A stretch of 64,000 bases of DNA from an uncultured Pseudomonadota bacterium. GTDB taxonomy: Bacteria; Pseudomonadota; Alphaproteobacteria; RF32; CAG-239. Shown piece after piece: positions 29,465-38,843 of the stretch. The DNA is taken from assembly GCA_949295915.1 (NCBI GenBank), contig CASFNB010000004.1, positions 4,294 through 68,293 of the forward strand, read 5' to 3'. The translations under genes and the position numbers were made by a program. Position 1 is the stretch's first letter; each line of letters opens with the position of its first letter. The notes beneath the pieces were generated by a model. The model was given only the letters and a program-made list of their open reading frames with translations. It was not told where the DNA came from and made no database searches.

Positions 29465-30235
29465 TTAAATTTCCATATCATCCACTTCTTCTTCAATTTC
29501 AAAATCGAAATCATATGAAGCTTGGCTTTCTTCTCCGCAAGAATTTAACTTGCTCTTATTTTGCATGTATGCTGATTTCATTGTCGTATAAAAATCGACG
29601 GAATTTCGCTGTAAATCATTGCCCAAATCTAAATAAGCTTCTCTGTTGACGATTGTTTTAATTGCTATATATCCGGCATATGCGTAGTAACCATCTTCAT
29701 GATCTTCCGTTAACCAGTATACCGGATTGGTAAAGGAATCTGCTATTTCTCCGGTAAAAGCTCGGGGAGTTGTCGAACCTATAAACGGTAAAACTAAATA
29801 TGGTCCTGATGGAACGCACCATTTGGCTAATGTTTCTTCAAAACCGTCGGGATGATGTTCCAATCCCCAAGCTGATGCCACATCAAACGTGCCGCCCAAA
29901 CCCAAGGTCGAGTTTATGACAAATCTGCTCACACTGGTACCCGAACGCGTAATTTCTCCTTGCAAAATTTGGTTAACTGCAGAAATTGGTTCTTTTATAT
30001 TGCTGAATGCGCTGCGAACTCTTTCTCTGACTGCCGGTGTTGTGATGGCACGATACCCCTCGGCTACCGGTTTTAATATATATTTGTCGAGTTGCATATT
30101 AAACTCAAACATGGCGCGATTAAAAGATTCAAACGGATCTTCCGAATCATGCTTATCTATATTGGTTGCAGATGCACATGATGCCGTCAAAAATACAGTA
30201 GCAGAAGCTACTGAAAACAGAGTACTCTTTTTCAT
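29465..30235 (-). CDS. mlaA: VacJ/MlaA lipoprotein
   Basis: DPFESFNRAMFEFN, RFVINSTLGLGGTFDVA, GPYLVLPFIG. Confidence 0.92.
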   Translation of the reverse strand: MKKSTLFSVASATVFLTASCASATNIDKHDSEDPFESFNRAMFEFNMQLDKYILKPVAEGYRAITTPAVRERVRSAFSNIKEPISAVNQILQGEITRSGTSVSRFVINSTLGLGGTFDVASAWGLEHHPDGFEETLAKWCVPSGPYLVLPFIGSTTPRAFTGEIADSFTNPVYWLTEDHEDGYYAYAGYIAIKTIVNREAYLDLGNDLQRNSVDFYTTMKSAYMQNKSKLNSCGEESQASYDFDFEIEEEVDDMEI

Positions 30236-30363
30236 AATTTTCTATTTACCTTTTACGGTTTAATATTATTTCGTTTTCAATATAACATCAAATTATTTGA
30301 AATCAATATAATTTTGTTTATAATCAGCATGTTTCAGATGATTTCTTTTTAAGGAGGTTTACT

Positions 30364-31119
30364 TTGAATTTCTTTCATATTTCTGATTTACACTTCAATC
30401 CTACGGACAAAAATGGTATAAAAAATATAGAAAAAATTTGTAAAAGTATTTCCGATTATAAACAAAAGGGTGATGTTCTCCTTATCTCGGGAGATATATT
30501 GAATAAAGATTTTTCTGACTACCAACCTATTTTTAACAAAATATTTGCATTGGATATGCCTTTTTTATGTTGTACCGGAAACCACGATAAATCGGCTCAA
30601 TTAATTGATGCCTTGGCGGGCTTATATCCGGAGCACCCTCTTCCTTTTAATGAAAGAAAGTTGGACTACGTTTGCAATGTTTTTCCTCTAAAAATCATCA
30701 CTCTTGACAGTTTTAAAGAAAACAACCCCGGAGGAGAAATTTTACCAGAGCAGCTCTCCTTTTTGGAAAATGGACTGATTATAGCCGACAAACCCGTCAT
30801 TATTATGATCCATCAATTTCCGCTTGATGCCGGATTGGACTTTTTTGATGTAAAAACCGGCGCAGCTTGGCGACATGATTTTGTTCATCTTGTCTCAAAA
30901 TATACCGATAAAATTAAACTCGTCGCTTGCGGACATTTGCACAATTCTGTTGTTTCTCATATTGAACAAACGCCGGTTATTTCCGCCTTTAGTGCTAACT
31001 GGCAAGCCGATCTTGATTTTATGCCATTGAATAATCTAAAAAATATTTCTCGTCCGGTCGGATACTATATCCACCGCTATGACGGCAAAAAAATTTTTTC
31101 TTATGCCGTTACACTCTGA
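30364..31119 (+). CDS. Calcineurin-like metallophosphoesterase (CpdA/GpdQ-like)
   Basis: ISDLH, SGD, GNHD, CGHLH; TTG start with AAGGAGG RBS. Confidence 0.85.
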   Translation: MNFFHISDLHFNPTDKNGIKNIEKICKSISDYKQKGDVLLISGDILNKDFSDYQPIFNKIFALDMPFLCCTGNHDKSAQLIDALAGLYPEHPLPFNERKLDYVCNVFPLKIITLDSFKENNPGGEILPEQLSFLENGLIIADKPVIIMIHQFPLDAGLDFFDVKTGAAWRHDFVHLVSKYTDKIKLVACGHLHNSVVSHIEQTPVISAFSANWQADLDFMPLNNLKNISRPVGYYIHRYDGKKIFSYAVTL

Positions 31120-31213
31120 TTTGTTACATTGTGTAATCTTTTGTGTTTTGCATTGTGAAAAAAAATAACTTACTATCCGAATCAGTTAAAAACAACATTA
31201 GAGGATTTATATT

Positions 31214-32374
31214 ATGACAAATAAACCAAATAAGCCGATTAATCTTTTTGATGTTCAAGCTTCTCAAAAAGTTATCGGTCAAGAAAATTTCTTAAACGCT
31301 TTTCAAACTATTTTAAACCACGGAGGCTATGCTCAAGGCCCAGAAACAAAAGAATTGGATGAAAAACTTGCTAACTTCTGCGGCGCAAAATATTGCTCTA
31401 CTTGCGGTTCCGGTACCGACGCTTTGACCTTGGCTTTGATGGCTTGGGATATTAAAGAAGGTGACGCTGTTTTCGTTTCTTCTTTCACTTTTGTGGCTTC
31501 TGCCGAATGTGCTGCTATTGTCGGTGCTACTCCGGTATTTGTTGACTCAAAACCCGATACTTATACCATGGATCCTACTGATTTGCAACGCGCTATAGAC
31601 GAAGTTAAAAAAGAAGGAAAACTCACCCCGAAAGTCGTTATCCCCGTTGATATTTTCGGTTCTCCGTGCGAGTATAATGAAATCATCAAAATCGCTCACG
31701 CCAACGGCATGAAAGTTCTTTCTGATGCTGCTCAAAGCTTTGGATCTGTTTATAACGGAACCAAAACAGGTAATGTAACCGATATGACCGCTACATCTTT
31801 CTATCCAACCAAACCTTTAGCCGGATATGGCGACGGCGGCGCCGTTTTCTCCAACACAAATGAAGAAAACGAAATGGTTAAATCTTGCCGCGTTCACGGT
31901 ATGAGCCCGCAAGACCACTATGATAATGTTCGCTTAGGTATGACCGGGCGTATGAATACTTTTCAAGCTGCCGTTCTCTTGCAAAAACTTAAAGTTTTTG
32001 AACAAGAATTGAAAGATCGTTACACCATTGCCAAAAGATATGACAATGAACTCAGCTCTTATTTTGGCAAACAACGCATTTTGGATAACTGCCAATCTGC
32101 TTATGCCCTCTATACCATTTACTGTGAAGATAGAGATGAATTGATGGCTTATCTCAAAGAAAACGGCATCCCTTGCGGGGCTTATTATCCGCGTCCGATT
32201 CACACTCAAACCGCTTATGCAAAATGGAATACTCGCAGTTTGCCTGTTTGTGAAAAACTTTCCAAGACCGTCCTTTCTATTCCGATGCATCCGTATTTGG
32301 ATAGTGACGTTCAAGACTATATCATTGAAACTATGAATAAGTTTGCTGAAAATAAAATGAAAAAAGCTGCTTAA
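31214..32374 (+). CDS. DegT/DnrJ/EryC1/StrS PLP-dependent sugar-nucleotide aminotransferase
   Basis: SGTDALTLALMA, DAAQSFG, SFYPTKPLAGYGDGG. Confidence 0.92.
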   Translation: MTNKPNKPINLFDVQASQKVIGQENFLNAFQTILNHGGYAQGPETKELDEKLANFCGAKYCSTCGSGTDALTLALMAWDIKEGDAVFVSSFTFVASAECAAIVGATPVFVDSKPDTYTMDPTDLQRAIDEVKKEGKLTPKVVIPVDIFGSPCEYNEIIKIAHANGMKVLSDAAQSFGSVYNGTKTGNVTDMTATSFYPTKPLAGYGDGGAVFSNTNEENEMVKSCRVHGMSPQDHYDNVRLGMTGRMNTFQAAVLLQKLKVFEQELKDRYTIAKRYDNELSSYFGKQRILDNCQSAYALYTIYCEDRDELMAYLKENGIPCGAYYPRPIHTQTAYAKWNTRSLPVCEKLSKTVLSIPMHPYLDSDVQDYIIETMNKFAENKMKKAA

Positions 32375-32402
32375 GCTATATTTCATATCATAGTTCAGTG
32401 AG

Positions 32403-32432
32403 AAAAAGCTACCTTAATAAGGTAGCTTTTTT
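32403..32432. terminator. Bidirectional terminator
   Basis: AAAAAGCTACCTT-aat-AAGGTAGCTTTTTT. Confidence 0.8.
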
Positions 32433-32551
32433 GTTGCATTAGCTTCAAAAATTGTTTTCAGCTTGTCTTAAGCTTTTTATTTATTGATAAATCATAAGTT
32501 TTTGTCTGCTGAATTTTTCTGCTCTAATTTTTGTTTTATGCTTACTGAAAA

Positions 32552-33709
32552 TTACTTTATTTTTTTCTTATTTTGTTTTTCTATACCTTTATCAATATAT
32601 TGACGAACATTCTGACCAAATGTTTGGCGGATATAAACTGTTATATTACTCGGTTTTTCTTTATAGGCTTCTGCCTCTTGTTGTGCCTGCAATAACTCTT
32701 CCATTTTCAGACCTTTTCGTAATGTATCTCGCCTTTCGGCGGCACCTTCTGCTCCTCGTACTGACGCTATATTAAACAATATATGTGATTTATATATATT
32801 TTTTGGATATTTCTCTCCATTTGCCAAAATATAACCTAATTCCATCATGGATGGGACATTCCCTTGCTTGACCGCCAAGTCAAGAACTTTTACTCCATTC
32901 CCATAGTTTTGCGGTGTGCCGTCTCCGTTCATATACATGCCGGATAAAATAAACATTGCCTCATCATAACCGGTATTGGCAGCCCTTTTTATAAGTTCAA
33001 AAGCTTTCAGATTGTCTTTTTCTACCATAAAACCCTTATAATAAGCATATCCCAACATAAAATCTGCTGTCGGATTTTTGGTCGTTGAGGCTTTTTTAAA
33101 TAGTTCTATGGCTTCTTGTGGGCGATAAAAATCACCTTGTTCGGAAAGATAAATAAAACCCAGATTGACCATTGCTTCGGTGTTTCCGAGTTCCGCCGCT
33201 TTTGAAAACATTTGTGTCGCCTTTACAATGTCTCTCGCCGTACCTATACCGCTATAATATAAACTTCCCAGATTATTGATTGCTATATTATCATTTTGAT
33301 TTGCCGCCATTTCATAATATGTAAATGCCTGCTTATAATTCGGCTCCACTTTTGTTGCCTCATCCCCATACAAATACATATATCCCAATGACATTTGAGC
33401 ATTCAAATCGCCAGAGGTGGCCATTCTCTGCAGTTTTTGCAATACTGATTCCTCTACTGCTGTTTCTGTTTGAACTTTGGATATTGGCTCTTTTTCTTTT
33501 TGTCTCCAAAAATTTAAAAATGAGAATATTCCCTTATCCTCAGTTAAAGAAGATTTTTCTTGCTTTTCTTGCGGCGTTTTCTCTTCTGAATTGACGGTAA
33601 CAACACTATCCCCCGTCAAGCTCAAAACTGCATCTTGCGCGTAGGCTGTTGACTGTGCAAGAACTACTCCTAATAAAAGTAATGATGTTTTTTTCATGAC
33701 TTTTCCCAT
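32552..33709 (-). CDS. Exported Sel1-like repeat protein (six repeats)
   Basis: Signal peptide MKKTSLLLLGVVLAQSTAYA; repeats such as AQMSLGYMYLYG...AFTYYEMAANQ and AINNLGSLYYSGIG. Confidence 0.9.
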   Translation of the reverse strand: MGKVMKKTSLLLLGVVLAQSTAYAQDAVLSLTGDSVVTVNSEEKTPQEKQEKSSLTEDKGIFSFLNFWRQKEKEPISKVQTETAVEESVLQKLQRMATSGDLNAQMSLGYMYLYGDEATKVEPNYKQAFTYYEMAANQNDNIAINNLGSLYYSGIGTARDIVKATQMFSKAAELGNTEAMVNLGFIYLSEQGDFYRPQEAIELFKKASTTKNPTADFMLGYAYYKGFMVEKDNLKAFELIKRAANTGYDEAMFILSGMYMNGDGTPQNYGNGVKVLDLAVKQGNVPSMMELGYILANGEKYPKNIYKSHILFNIASVRGAEGAAERRDTLRKGLKMEELLQAQQEAEAYKEKPSNITVYIRQTFGQNVRQYIDKGIEKQNKKKIK

Positions 33710-33716
33710 TTTTAAA

Positions 33717-35504
33717 TTATCTTCCGATATCTAACGTATTTATTATCTTACTCATTTGTTGTTTATTATGATAATAACTGTTTTTTCTGGCAAGTATTTT
33801 TTGTTGGACAAGAAGCGTGTTTTTTTCCAAATTTTCCAGCATCTCCAACTCATCTTGCTTTGGCTGAACTGTGGGGAACGCTCTTTCGTTAAAAGCATTA
33901 TCCTTAAACATTGCACTTATTTTTTCTTGATTTTCTTTTTTGCTAAAATATGTTGCTTCCGTTCCCGCTATTCTACCATTATATTTTGGCAAAATAAATT
34001 CTGCATAGCGATTGAACAAATCATCCAACTGAGCTTTGGTTATAACAAGTCCCAAAGATTTTAATTCTTTATCGGTAACATTAAATTTTTGCTTCATATC
34101 AAATGCTTTGAACGGACGATACATAAAATTATCTTGGATAAACTTTGCTACAATTCGATGAATCTTTTGTTCCTTGCGGCTAATCGGATTGATGCTTTGG
34201 GCGTCAAAATCTTTGCCATTTGCTCTTTTGGCATCTTCCAAGCGAAAAGCTTTATCTAACACTTGTAAGTTGGCTTCACGGATTTTTTGTTTATTTACCC
34301 TTTGAGCTTCCATTTGTTTTTCAAGGATACGCATTGCAACAATTTTTTTATCCCCTTCGGTTAAATAGCGTCCTTTATTTTCTTCCCAAAAACGGGTTCC
34401 GTTGTTTTGCGTATTTTGGCGACTTATCAGCAAAATATTATCATTTCTGCTTTCATTATTTTCAACGCCGGCATAAATATCGTGCGTGATAACATCTCCT
34501 TCATAGAGTTTTGTTATTTTAATTTGAACCTCGATTTTTACACCATCTAAAGTTAAATAAAGTCTTTTTTCACGATAGTTTTTAGTTTCATAGGCACTGC
34601 TTACATTTTGATTACCATGAAATGTATCTTTAATTTCTTTTGTATTAACGGCATATTGAGGATCATTGGCAAAAAGCTGTAATGATTCTTCCGTATCTTG
34701 ATAATATTTACGGCAGATGGTAAATCTGAAAATGTCTTTTAAGCGTTCATGCGGCAATGAAAGTTTATCTATCTTCTTTTGAATTTTGGGTTCTGCTTCT
34801 TTCAACGCATTTACATATTCTTCTGTTCCTTGCGAATATTTTTTTGCAAATTCTGCTTCATATGCCGCTCTTATTTTTTTCAGGTCTTTTTGATACTGTT
34901 CATAATATTTTCCGCCGCGGGAAATTAGGTTGCCTTTTGAGTCATAAACCGGCATTTTGATTTTATCTATGGCTCGGCGAATATCTTTCATTCCCGGCAT
35001 AATCAAATCGAGCGGATTATCACGAAAATCATAAAATCTTAAGCGCATTGACGTAAACGGCGTAATATGCTTGGTTTGATACTCTTTGTTTTTAGGCATA
35101 TTGCGGTAGGTTGAAGAAACAACATTTTCTTCAATTTTTCCAGTATGCAGATCTATGGCATTGATTTCATCAGGAGCAATTTCTTCTCCTAATTCTTCCA
35201 ATTTTTTTACCTTTTCCGAACGATACTCTCGCAAAATAGAATGGCTGATTTTTTGCACCATGTCATTGATAATTTTGGAAGGATTTGAACAAATTTTTCT
35301 CAAATATTCTGCGGCAACGGAATCTATCATACCTTTTTTCTCGGCAGTATTGATATATTCAAAATTATAGGCATTAATTTTCTGTTGCAGATTATTAATT
35401 TCTTCTGCACTCAAATATTCAATATCTTTTGCCTTTATTTCCAACCTTTTATCATTTTGGAAAGCATCATCAATTTTTGCAATCAGTTCTGCATATTTTG
35501 CCAT
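33717..35504 (-). CDS. Hypothetical 595-aa protein with a RelA/SpoT synthetase-like nucleotidyltransferase domain
   Basis: Ordered motifs MKDIRRAIDK (aa 172-181), LKDIFRFTI (255-263), NYRE (309-312), IEVQIK (324-329), THDIY (340-344). Confidence 0.65.
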   Translation of the reverse strand: MAKYAELIAKIDDAFQNDKRLEIKAKDIEYLSAEEINNLQQKINAYNFEYINTAEKKGMIDSVAAEYLRKICSNPSKIINDMVQKISHSILREYRSEKVKKLEELGEEIAPDEINAIDLHTGKIEENVVSSTYRNMPKNKEYQTKHITPFTSMRLRFYDFRDNPLDLIMPGMKDIRRAIDKIKMPVYDSKGNLISRGGKYYEQYQKDLKKIRAAYEAEFAKKYSQGTEEYVNALKEAEPKIQKKIDKLSLPHERLKDIFRFTICRKYYQDTEESLQLFANDPQYAVNTKEIKDTFHGNQNVSSAYETKNYREKRLYLTLDGVKIEVQIKITKLYEGDVITHDIYAGVENNESRNDNILLISRQNTQNNGTRFWEENKGRYLTEGDKKIVAMRILEKQMEAQRVNKQKIREANLQVLDKAFRLEDAKRANGKDFDAQSINPISRKEQKIHRIVAKFIQDNFMYRPFKAFDMKQKFNVTDKELKSLGLVITKAQLDDLFNRYAEFILPKYNGRIAGTEATYFSKKENQEKISAMFKDNAFNERAFPTVQPKQDELEMLENLEKNTLLVQQKILARKNSYYHNKQQMSKIINTLDIGR

Positions 35505-35568
35505 GTCTCACCTTTTTGTCTAATATAGCAAAGGATTATACATGATTTGTATATTTAATGCAAACAAA

Positions 35569-35616
35569 AAAAGCTCTCGCCATTGCTGACGAGAGCCCTT
35601 TTGATATATTTATTGT
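35569..35616 (-). terminator. Terminator after flagellin 1; 48-bp identical copy at 37167-37214
   Basis: Minus strand GGGCTCTCGTCAGCAATGGCGAGAGCTTTT. Confidence 0.85.
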
Positions 35617-35621
35617 TGTTT

Positions 35622-37013
35622 TTAGAACAATTGCAATACTGATTGCGAAGCTTGTGATGCCAAGCTCAAGGAGTTGATTGCAAGTTGTTGTCTGGTTTGC
35701 AATGCCAACATATTGGCTGACTCTTCATTCATATCGGCCAAGGTCAAGTTATCGGCACCTTCCGTCAACACGTTAATCAAATTATCGGTAAACTCTTCTC
35801 TTGTTTGTACGATTGAGTAGTTGTTACCGAAATCTGATGCCATGGTACGCAATTTGCTGACAGCATTTTCGACCTGACTGATTGATGTATCAATATCACT
35901 ATCTTTTTGCCAATCGTTTTTAACTACTGCCATACCTAAGCCTTCAGAACTACCATCTACACCTTTTACTTCGATTTTTGATGTACGGTCTTCATTGAAG
36001 ATTACGGTCAAATCGTTTTCTTGCAGCAAGTTAATACCTTTATAACCGGCATCTTTGGCCAAAGAGTCGATTTGAGACAAAATCTCGTTAAACTGTTTGG
36101 CATAATCTACACGCTCTTCGGTGATTGTAGTTGCGTCACCGGCTTTCTTTGAACCGGTTAAGCCCAACTCATCCAAAGCATCTGCTTGTGTCGGGTCTTT
36201 AGCAAAGATTCTGAATTCCAAGTTTTTGGCTGTAACGGAAACACGTTTACCATCAGCTACGGCTGCAACACCGCCTTGTCCATTTAAAGCGGCAGCAATA
36301 GTCGCTGAGTTTGCTCCGTTACCGGTTCCAGTTAATGTAACTTCAACAGCGGCACCAGTTGTATAAGCCATTCCGTTTGATCCGTCTGCTTTTGCACCGT
36401 TTACCCAAGAAATAGCCGAGCCGTCGGTTGATGACACACTAACAGATTTCCCGTTTAATTCAGCATTTAAACCCAATGCTTGCAAATCTGTTACGGCGCT
36501 TTGAGCGATTGCATCCGCATTATCGCCTTTTAAGGTGATTTCATGGCCTTCACCATCAGGCGTATAGACCATGAATTTTTTATCTTTGGATTCGTTTGTA
36601 AAATCAATCGTGAATTTACTCAAGTCGGTACGTGAATCGACAATAACGGTTCCGCTGACGCCTTTGGTAATTTCATCAGAAGTGATTGCATATTTATCAT
36701 AATTTGAAGCAACATCACGAGCTGAGTTAGCAATAGCTTTGGCTTGTTCGGCAAATGAAGTAATGGTTTCAATTGCTTCGTTGGCAGCTTTAATGGTTTG
36801 AACACCTTGTCCCATGCTGTCCAACAATGCGCTCAAGTCATCGGCGCGGTTATTTAAGGATTGTGCTGTGTAATATGATGACGGGTTATCGATTGCTGAG
36901 TTTACTTTTTTACCCGTTGCAAGGCGTTCTTGTGTCATATCCATCAAACTTTGGGTGGATTGTAATGATAACAAGTTTGAACGCATGCTTGCTGTTAATG
37001 ATATATCTGCCAT
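35622..37013 (-). CDS. fliC: Flagellin 1 (463 aa)
   Basis: MADISLTASMRSNLLSLQ...ERLATGKKVNSAIDNP; C-terminus LTLADMNEESANMLALQTRQQLAINSLSLASQASQSVLQLF. Confidence 0.93.
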   Translation of the reverse strand: MADISLTASMRSNLLSLQSTQSLMDMTQERLATGKKVNSAIDNPSSYYTAQSLNNRADDLSALLDSMGQGVQTIKAANEAIETITSFAEQAKAIANSARDVASNYDKYAITSDEITKGVSGTVIVDSRTDLSKFTIDFTNESKDKKFMVYTPDGEGHEITLKGDNADAIAQSAVTDLQALGLNAELNGKSVSVSSTDGSAISWVNGAKADGSNGMAYTTGAAVEVTLTGTGNGANSATIAAALNGQGGVAAVADGKRVSVTAKNLEFRIFAKDPTQADALDELGLTGSKKAGDATTITEERVDYAKQFNEILSQIDSLAKDAGYKGINLLQENDLTVIFNEDRTSKIEVKGVDGSSEGLGMAVVKNDWQKDSDIDTSISQVENAVSKLRTMASDFGNNYSIVQTREEFTDNLINVLTEGADNLTLADMNEESANMLALQTRQQLAINSLSLASQASQSVLQLF

Positions 37014-37045
37014 TGTTTTTCTCCCATATACTGTGGTTAAGTTCT

Positions 37046-37072
37046 CTTGTAAATGTTTTCTTACATTACAAG
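37046..37072 (-). promoter_or_regulatory. Conserved 5'-UTR hairpin of flagellin 1
   Basis: CTTGTAATGT-aagaaa-ACATTTACAAG; homolog with compensatory change at 38660-38685. Confidence 0.6.
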
Positions 37073-37138
37073 ACTTATTGTATCACAAAAAATATACCTT
37101 TGCAAGTTTTTTGTGATTTGCATAAAGTTTAGACACTA

Positions 37139-37158
37139 ATTTGTTAATTTTTTGATAA
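37139..37158 (-). promoter_or_regulatory. CtrA-like box upstream of flagellin 1
   Basis: TTAT-N7-TTAAC; 19/20 identical to 38753-38772 at the same distance from the ATG. Confidence 0.5.
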
Positions 37159-37166
37159 TTTAAATT

Positions 37167-37214
37167 AAAAGCTCTCGCCATTGCTGACGAGAGCCCTTTT
37201 GATATATTTATTGT
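37167..37214 (-). terminator. Terminator after flagellin 2 (duplicate of 35569-35616)
   Basis: 48-bp identical repeat. Confidence 0.85.
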
Positions 37215-37221
37215 GTTGTTT

Positions 37222-38628
37222 TTAGAACAATTGCAATACTGATTGTGAAGCTTGTGATGCCAAACTCAATGAGTTGATTGCAAGTTGTTGTCTGGTTTGC
37301 AATGCCAGCATATTGGCTGATTCTTCGTTCATATCGGCCAAGGTCAAGTTATCGGCACCTTCCGTTAACACATTAATCAAATTATCGGTAAAATCTTCTC
37401 GAGTTTGTACAATTGAGTAGTTATTACCGAAATCTGAAGCCATGGTACGCAATTTGCTGACAGCATTTTCGACCTGACTGATTGATGTATCAATATCAGC
37501 ATCTTTTTGCCAATCATTCTTAACTTGAGACATGCCCAAACCTTCAGAACTACCGTCTACACCTTTTACTTCGATTTTTGATGTACGATCTTCATTGAAG
37601 ATTACGGTCAAATCGTTTTCTTGCAACAAGTTAATACCTTTGTAGCTGGCATCTTTGGCCAAAGAGTCAATTTGAGACAAAATCTCATTAAACTGTTTGG
37701 CATAATCGATACGCTCTTCGGTCACTTCTTTAGCATTTCCGGCCTTTTTGGAACCGGTAATACCCAAAGTATCAGCTGCGCCACCAAAAATTCTGAACTC
37801 TTTATTGGCATCTTTTGAATATATAGAAACTGATTTTCCGTTAGCTTCGGCAACGACCATATTTCCGGCACCATCAGTTGTATCGTTCAAAGCAGCAGCG
37901 ATTGTAGCAGAGTTTGCTCCTTTAGAAGCATTTAAGTTAACTTTCTTTGCTGCAGAATCAGATGCTGTTAAGCCACCTGTTCCATCTGCTTTGCTTCCAT
38001 TTACCCAAGAAATATCAGAACCATCGGTTGAAGAAACGGTAACCGTTGCGCCATCTTCACCGATTTCAGCATTCAATCCCAATCCTTGCAGAGCCGTTAC
38101 AGCTTCTTGAGCTGCCAATTTTGCTGTTGTTGCACCACCGCTCAAAGAAACTTCTTGACCTTCTTGATCGCCAATATAAACGGTAAATTTCTTACTTGCA
38201 TCTGATGTTGCTGTAAATGTGATATCAAAAGTGCTCATATCCGTACGGCTATCAACATAGATATCGCCGGTTACGCCCTTTTCAATTTCTTTAGAAGTGA
38301 TTGCATATTTATCGTAATTTGAAGCAACATCGCGTGCAGAGTTTGCGATAGCTTTTGCTTGTTCTGCAAATGAGGTGATGGTTTCGATGGCTTCGTTGGC
38401 AGCTTTAATGGTTTGAACACCTTGTCCCATGCTGTCCAACAATGCACTTAAGTCATCGGCGCGGTTATTTAAGGATTGTGCTGTGTAATATGATGACGGG
38501 TTATCGATTGCTGAGTTTACTTTCTTACCCGTAGCAAGGCGCTCTTGCGTCATATCCATCAAACTTTGGGTGGATTGTAATGATAATAAGTTTGAACGCA
38601 TACTTGCTGTTAATGATATATCTGCCAT
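37222..38628 (-). CDS. fliC: Flagellin 2 (468 aa)
   Basis: First ~110 aa identical to flagellin 1, near-identical C-terminus, divergent middle. Confidence 0.93.
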   Translation of the reverse strand: MADISLTASMRSNLLSLQSTQSLMDMTQERLATGKKVNSAIDNPSSYYTAQSLNNRADDLSALLDSMGQGVQTIKAANEAIETITSFAEQAKAIANSARDVASNYDKYAITSKEIEKGVTGDIYVDSRTDMSTFDITFTATSDASKKFTVYIGDQEGQEVSLSGGATTAKLAAQEAVTALQGLGLNAEIGEDGATVTVSSTDGSDISWVNGSKADGTGGLTASDSAAKKVNLNASKGANSATIAAALNDTTDGAGNMVVAEANGKSVSIYSKDANKEFRIFGGAADTLGITGSKKAGNAKEVTEERIDYAKQFNEILSQIDSLAKDASYKGINLLQENDLTVIFNEDRTSKIEVKGVDGSSEGLGMSQVKNDWQKDADIDTSISQVENAVSKLRTMASDFGNNYSIVQTREDFTDNLINVLTEGADNLTLADMNEESANMLALQTRQQLAINSLSLASQASQSVLQLF

Positions 38629-38659
38629 TGTTTTTCTCCCATATACTGTGGTTTATTTT

Positions 38660-38685
38660 CTTGCAAATGCTTTTCTCATTGCAAG
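38660..38685 (-). promoter_or_regulatory. Conserved 5'-UTR hairpin of flagellin 2
   Basis: CTTGCAATG-agaaaag-CATTTGCAAG. Confidence 0.6.
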
Positions 38686-38752
38686 GGTTAGTTTATCATT
38701 AAAATCTGTTTCAGACAAGATTTTTTTTATGATAGGTATAATTATAACGTGT

Positions 38753-38772
38753 ATTTGTTAATTTTTTAATAA
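38753..38772 (-). promoter_or_regulatory. CtrA-like box upstream of flagellin 2
   Basis: Minus strand TTATTAAAAAATTAACAAAT. Confidence 0.5.
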
Positions 38773-38790
38773 CGCGTATTTATTTTATCT

Positions 38791-38827
38791 AAAAAAAAGA
38801 CTCCCATCTTTCAACAGGAGTCTTTTT
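38791..38827 (-). terminator. Terminator after flagellin 3
   Basis: Minus strand AAGACTCC-tgttgaaagatg-GGAGTCTT followed by a T-run. Confidence 0.75.
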
Positions 38828-38843
38828 AGAAATTTTGCTCGAC

